A stretch of 64,000 nucleotides of DNA from a virus (taxonomy: Duplodnaviria; Caudoviricetes). Position 1 is the stretch's first letter. Each line of letters begins with the position of its first letter. Under the pieces are notes generated by a model. It worked only from the letters and a program-made list of their open reading frames with translations, did no database searches and was not told where the DNA came from. Shown piece after piece: positions 60,928-64,000 of this stretch. Position numbers and translations under genes: made by a program. The stretch spans positions 1 to 64,000 of the IMG/VR virus record IMGVR_UViG_3300029305_002190; one strand, given 5' to 3'.

Positions 60928-61527
60928 TTGAAACCTGAAGAAGCACTGATAAATATGTTCGGGGATTTAACTATTTTACATGTAGTTGAATTCTTTTTTG
61001 CTATGTATTTTATTATTAGAGTTAGCAAAGACGCCATTGCGTTTATTAACAGAAAACATGACGAGGAACAACAAAAGACTGCAGATGTAGCAGAAGCTTT
61101 AGCTGGAGTACGGGCTATGCCTGCTTATCGTCAGCAAAGCGTTGAGATACAGGGTCAATTAAATCAAAAAATTACAGATGTGCATGACGAAATGAATAAT
61201 AAGTTTGATGAGCTTACGAAGAAGTTTGATGCTGTAATGGACAGACTTAATGCCATGGACGCAGAGAACAAAAAGCGAGCTAGAAATCGTATAAGAGAAG
61301 AATTAATGCGTGGACATCGTATGTTCACAGATCCGATAAAGAATCCAATGAAGGCTTGGTCGTCCTTAGAACATGATAGCTGGTTTGCACTATATGAGGA
61401 TTATTTAGATTGCAAAGGAAATGGGGACATGCAATATCGCATTTGCCCTGAGATGAACAATCTTGATATAATTCATATGGATGATACGGAAAAATTATAC
61501 GAACTAATGCATAGTAGAAAACTATAA
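60928..61527 (+). CDS. Membrane-anchored coiled-coil protein (holin-like)
   Basis: GGAGGAG RBS with TTG start; one TM segment, coiled coil, LYEDY…GNG motif. Confidence 0.55.
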   Translation: MKPEEALINMFGDLTILHVVEFFFAMYFIIRVSKDAIAFINRKHDEEQQKTADVAEALAGVRAMPAYRQQSVEIQGQLNQKITDVHDEMNNKFDELTKKFDAVMDRLNAMDAENKKRARNRIREELMRGHRMFTDPIKNPMKAWSSLEHDSWFALYEDYLDCKGNGDMQYRICPEMNNLDIIHMDDTEKLYELMHSRKL

Positions 61528-61546
61528 AATTGGTGTTAAATAAATT

Positions 61547-61575
61547 TAGGAGAGCTTTTGCTCTCCTATTTTTTT
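61547..61575. terminator. Terminator between the late operon and converging - strand genes
   Basis: taggagagc-tttt-gctctccta followed by a T-run. Confidence 0.8.
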
Positions 61576-61718
61576 ACGTTTTTTAAATAGCTTTCTATAA
61601 TGTTAATCAACCAAGAATTAGTTGTTTTAAATCCTTCTGCGACCACAGCTTTTTCAATTTGAAAGTGTAAGCTTTCAGGTATACGTAAAGTATATACTTT
61701 TTTCTTTTCTTTTTCTAT
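61566..61718 (-). CDS. Ribbon-helix-helix (Arc/HicB-C-like) DNA-binding protein, 50 aa, apparent ATA start
   Basis: (M)EKEKKKVYTLRIPESLHFQIEKAVVAEGFKTTNSWLINIIESYLKNVKK*; GGGGGAGG RBS 8 nt before ATA; not in the ORF track. Confidence 0.7.
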   Translation of the reverse strand: MEKEKKKVYTLRIPESLHFQIEKAVVAEGFKTTNSWLINIIESYLKNVKK

Positions 61719-61740
61719 ATTACTCGCCTCCCCCTTTTTT

Positions 61741-61769
61741 ATTATAGTATGACTTCACTTTTTTATCAA
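61741..61769 (-). promoter_or_regulatory. sigmaA-type promoter for the RHH gene
   Basis: On the - strand: TTGATA, 17 nt spacer, TATAAT. Confidence 0.7.
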
Positions 61770-61840
61770 ATGACTGCATAAAATTATTTGAATGGCTAAT
61801 AATATAAATACCATTTTTTCATCATGTTATTTCCAAAATT

Positions 61841-61873
61841 ATAGGAGCCACCATAACGGCAGCTCCTATTTTT
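61841..61873 (-). terminator. Hairpin after the recombinase operon
   Basis: - strand ataggagctgcc-gttat-ggtggctcctat, then aatttt. Confidence 0.55.
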
Positions 61874-62070
61874 TATTTAATACCAAATTCTTCGCATGCA
61901 ATTTTCATAGCCTCCTTAAGTCGTCCATGCTTGCCTTCTGTAAGTTCGTAGATTCTTTGTGTTATTGGATCATTTTCACGAAACTCTTCGCTGTTTAGAT
62001 ATTCTATAATTTCTTTATATATAGCTTCTTTTCTTTTTTGTCCGACTTTTCTCCTTGTGTTATTTGTCAT
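61873..62070 (-). CDS. Small hypothetical protein downstream of the recombinase
   Basis: 65 aa, AAGGAG RBS overlapping the recombinase stop. Confidence 0.6.
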   Translation of the reverse strand: MTNNTRRKVGQKRKEAIYKEIIEYLNSEEFRENDPITQRIYELTEGKHGRLKEAMKIACEEFGIK

Positions 62071-62087
62071 ATTACCATCTCCTTATA

Positions 62088-64000
62088 TTATTTTATACGT
62101 TTAATCCACTTACATATTTTTAATAGCCCCATAAATGTTACATTGAATGTACATCTATATCCCTGGATGTACCCTTCAGTGTATAAATTAAATAACATAT
62201 ATGCATCATCTTTTGTGCCAACTACATAGTTTTTATCACGTGCCCTTGGTGTTCTAACTATAATGCCTGCGCTTTCAAGCTTATTAATGATCGGCATGAA
62301 TACACTATAGTATCCTTCTTTGTATCCTTTGGAAGCAACCTTCTTGTGCAGATCTCCAAAGTGAAATTCCTTCATTTCAAACATTGTATCTATTATTGCT
62401 TTCTTATATATGTCTATGGATCCTAGGCTAATATCTATATGACCACTCATTACTTCATTTAAATTACCATTCATATAAATATCTATGCCACCATTATAAT
62501 TGACAACAATTCTTTCCACAAGTAGTTTTAATTGTTTAACAGTGAGTGTGTCACTTGTAATGATTTCATCAAATAACAATAATGCTTTATTTAGTCCACT
62601 TCGTACTTCTTTGCTCGATTGAGAAACGCTCTGTTGTTCATCAATTTGAGTTTTTAAAGATTGAATATAATTTGATTTATCATTGATTGCTTGTTGATAA
62701 GTTTCCTCAAGTATATCTTTCATGGCTGGATTTTTTATAATGTCTTTTACTTTTTGCTCCATTAGCATTTTTAGTTCATTTGTTGTTTTATCTAGCTCTT
62801 TTTGCAATGCACCTATTGAGTTAATAGCATTTACATCGCACACTTGTTTTAATTCTTTTTGAATGATATTGTCTAGATTTTCAATTGCGCCCTTTAAACT
62901 GTGCCTACACTGTCTTAGGTACACTTTAACAAACTCAATTAATTCATCTTCATAGACTCTATTATGATTACAATAATTTGCCCCATATGAATTATATGTT
63001 GAGCATACATAATATCTTCTTTTATTCACACCGCTTCTTGGAGTTAACGGTCTACCGCAGTCACCACAGAATATTAATCCAGTAAAGATATTAACGTGCT
63101 TTCTTACACCCTTATGATGTTTAGTGGCTCTTTCTTCTTTAACTTTTTGTGCCAGATAGAATGTTTCTTTATCTATGATTGCTTCATGATGATCTGGGAA
63201 TATAAGATTTTCACTCTTGTCCCTTTTAACATTTTTACCATGGATGCCTATTACTTGCATTTTTCTTTGCACTAATGTGCCTATGTAGAACTCATTGCTT
63301 ATAATTCGTTTTATGTGGGTGGAAGACCATAATTCTGAAGTGGCTCTTTTACTTGGCTCCAATCCATTTTCCTCTCTTATTCTTGCTAATGCTTGTGTTG
63401 GAGTTGGCACTCCTTCGTCATTTAACATTCTTGCAATGTTCATACCGCCATACCCATTAACATACAAGTCGAATATTTTTTTAACATATACGCTTGTTAT
63501 TGGGTCAATTTCAAAAGTATGTTTTTTTCCATATATTCTTCTGTATCCATATGGCACATTACTACTAACCCATTTACCTTCTTTTTGCTTTGAGTGTATT
63601 ACTGCACGAACTTTTTTGCTTGTATCTTTAACAAGCTTTTCATTTGCCCATGTTGTTATACCAAGCATGGAATCATCGTCTTTTAGGTTGTTATAATTAT
63701 CACCTATACTAATTAATTCAACTTGTCTTTGAATTAAATCTTCATTGAATAATTGCACTCTAGCATTATGTCTACCCAATCTTGATAAATCTTTTACTAT
63801 GACACCTTCAACCAAACCATCGTCAATATCTTGTTTTAGTCTGTCAAATGATGGTCTGTTCCAAAGGTATCCACTCACACCGTCATCAACATAAAATTCA
63901 GTGATTTCATATCCATGCTCATTGGCATATTGTAAAATAATTTTTCTCTGATTGGCGATTGACATAGATTCGAAATTGCAATTATCATCTTCACTTAATC
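62088..64000 (-). CDS. Large serine recombinase (integrase-type); 5' end lies beyond the window
   Basis: Frame stays open to the edge ((R)LSEDD…SIANQ); DDGVSG…RP.F; VKDLSRLGR; PYGY; N.FYIG; HEAII; Zn ribbon C.DCG…Y.C…C; coiled coil; LVERIVV. Confidence 0.93.
   Translation of the reverse strand, partial: LSEDDNCNFESMSIANQRKIILQYANEHGYEITEFYVDDGVSGYLWNRPSFDRLKQDIDDGLVEGVIVKDLSRLGRHNARVQLFNEDLIQRQVELISIGDNYNNLKDDDSMLGITTWANEKLVKDTSKKVRAVIHSKQKEGKWVSSNVPYGYRRIYGKKHTFEIDPITSVYVKKIFDLYVNGYGGMNIARMLNDEGVPTPTQALARIREENGLEPSKRATSELWSSTHIKRIISNEFYIGTLVQRKMQVIGIHGKNVKRDKSENLIFPDHHEAIIDKETFYLAQKVKEERATKHHKGVRKHVNIFTGLIFCGDCGRPLTPRSGVNKRRYYVCSTYNSYGANYCNHNRVYEDELIEFVKVYLRQCRHSLKGAIENLDNIIQKELKQVCDVNAINSIGALQKELDKTTNELKMLMEQKVKDIIKNPAMKDILEETYQQAINDKSNYIQSLKTQIDEQQSVSQSSKEVRSGLNKALLLFDEIITSDTLTVKQLKLLVERIVVNYNGGIDIYMNGNLNEVMSGHIDISLGSIDIYKKAIIDTMFEMKEFHFGDLHKKVASKGYKEGYYSVFMPIINKLESAGIIVRTPRARDKNYVVGTKDDAYMLFNLYTEGYIQGYRCTFNVTFMGLLKICKWIKRIK

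Noticed and set aside
3972-63696. Numerous short antisense or alternate-frame ORFs in the track (e.g. 18232-18768, 22116-22604, 42510-42968, 63295-63696)
   Set aside because: They overlap well-supported genes, lack RBS or motifs, and are expected shadows of biased codon use
1-64000. Stop-codon reassignment (alternative genetic code)
   Set aside because: Standard code gives dense, very long ORFs, and TAA, TAG and TGA all end plausible genes
1-64000. tRNA or rRNA genes
   Set aside because: Intergenic gaps are short and none showed a cloverleaf with a T-loop consensus by eye

Overview
All 64 kb reads as the late (virion, lysis) region of a large, probably temperate, long-tailed phage of a low-GC Firmicute-type host, with SPbeta-like gene order. 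On the + strand: capsid, neck and tail-tube genes; a ~17 kb cluster of modular fibre/receptor-binding genes; a lysis cassette; a giant CotH-kinase-like protein; a RuvC-like resolvase; a 4396-aa tape measure; Dit and Tal. Converging from the right on the - strand are a large serine recombinase and small regulators. Main observations: (1) a group I intron (33060-34308) carrying a homing endonuclease splits the kinase YDMD|TALG motif, so two listed ORFs form one ~2516-aa protein; (2) all 30 Leu codons of the major capsid gene are CTA; (3) a JAB/MPN-like metalloprotease motif lies inside the tape measure; (4) fibre genes carry matching N-terminal domains and C-terminal WGE peptides, suggesting a daisy-chained fibre, plus swappable enzymatic heads; (5) an unlisted ribbon-helix-helix gene appears to start at ATA. 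Family assignments come from motif recognition by eye, not from database searches.
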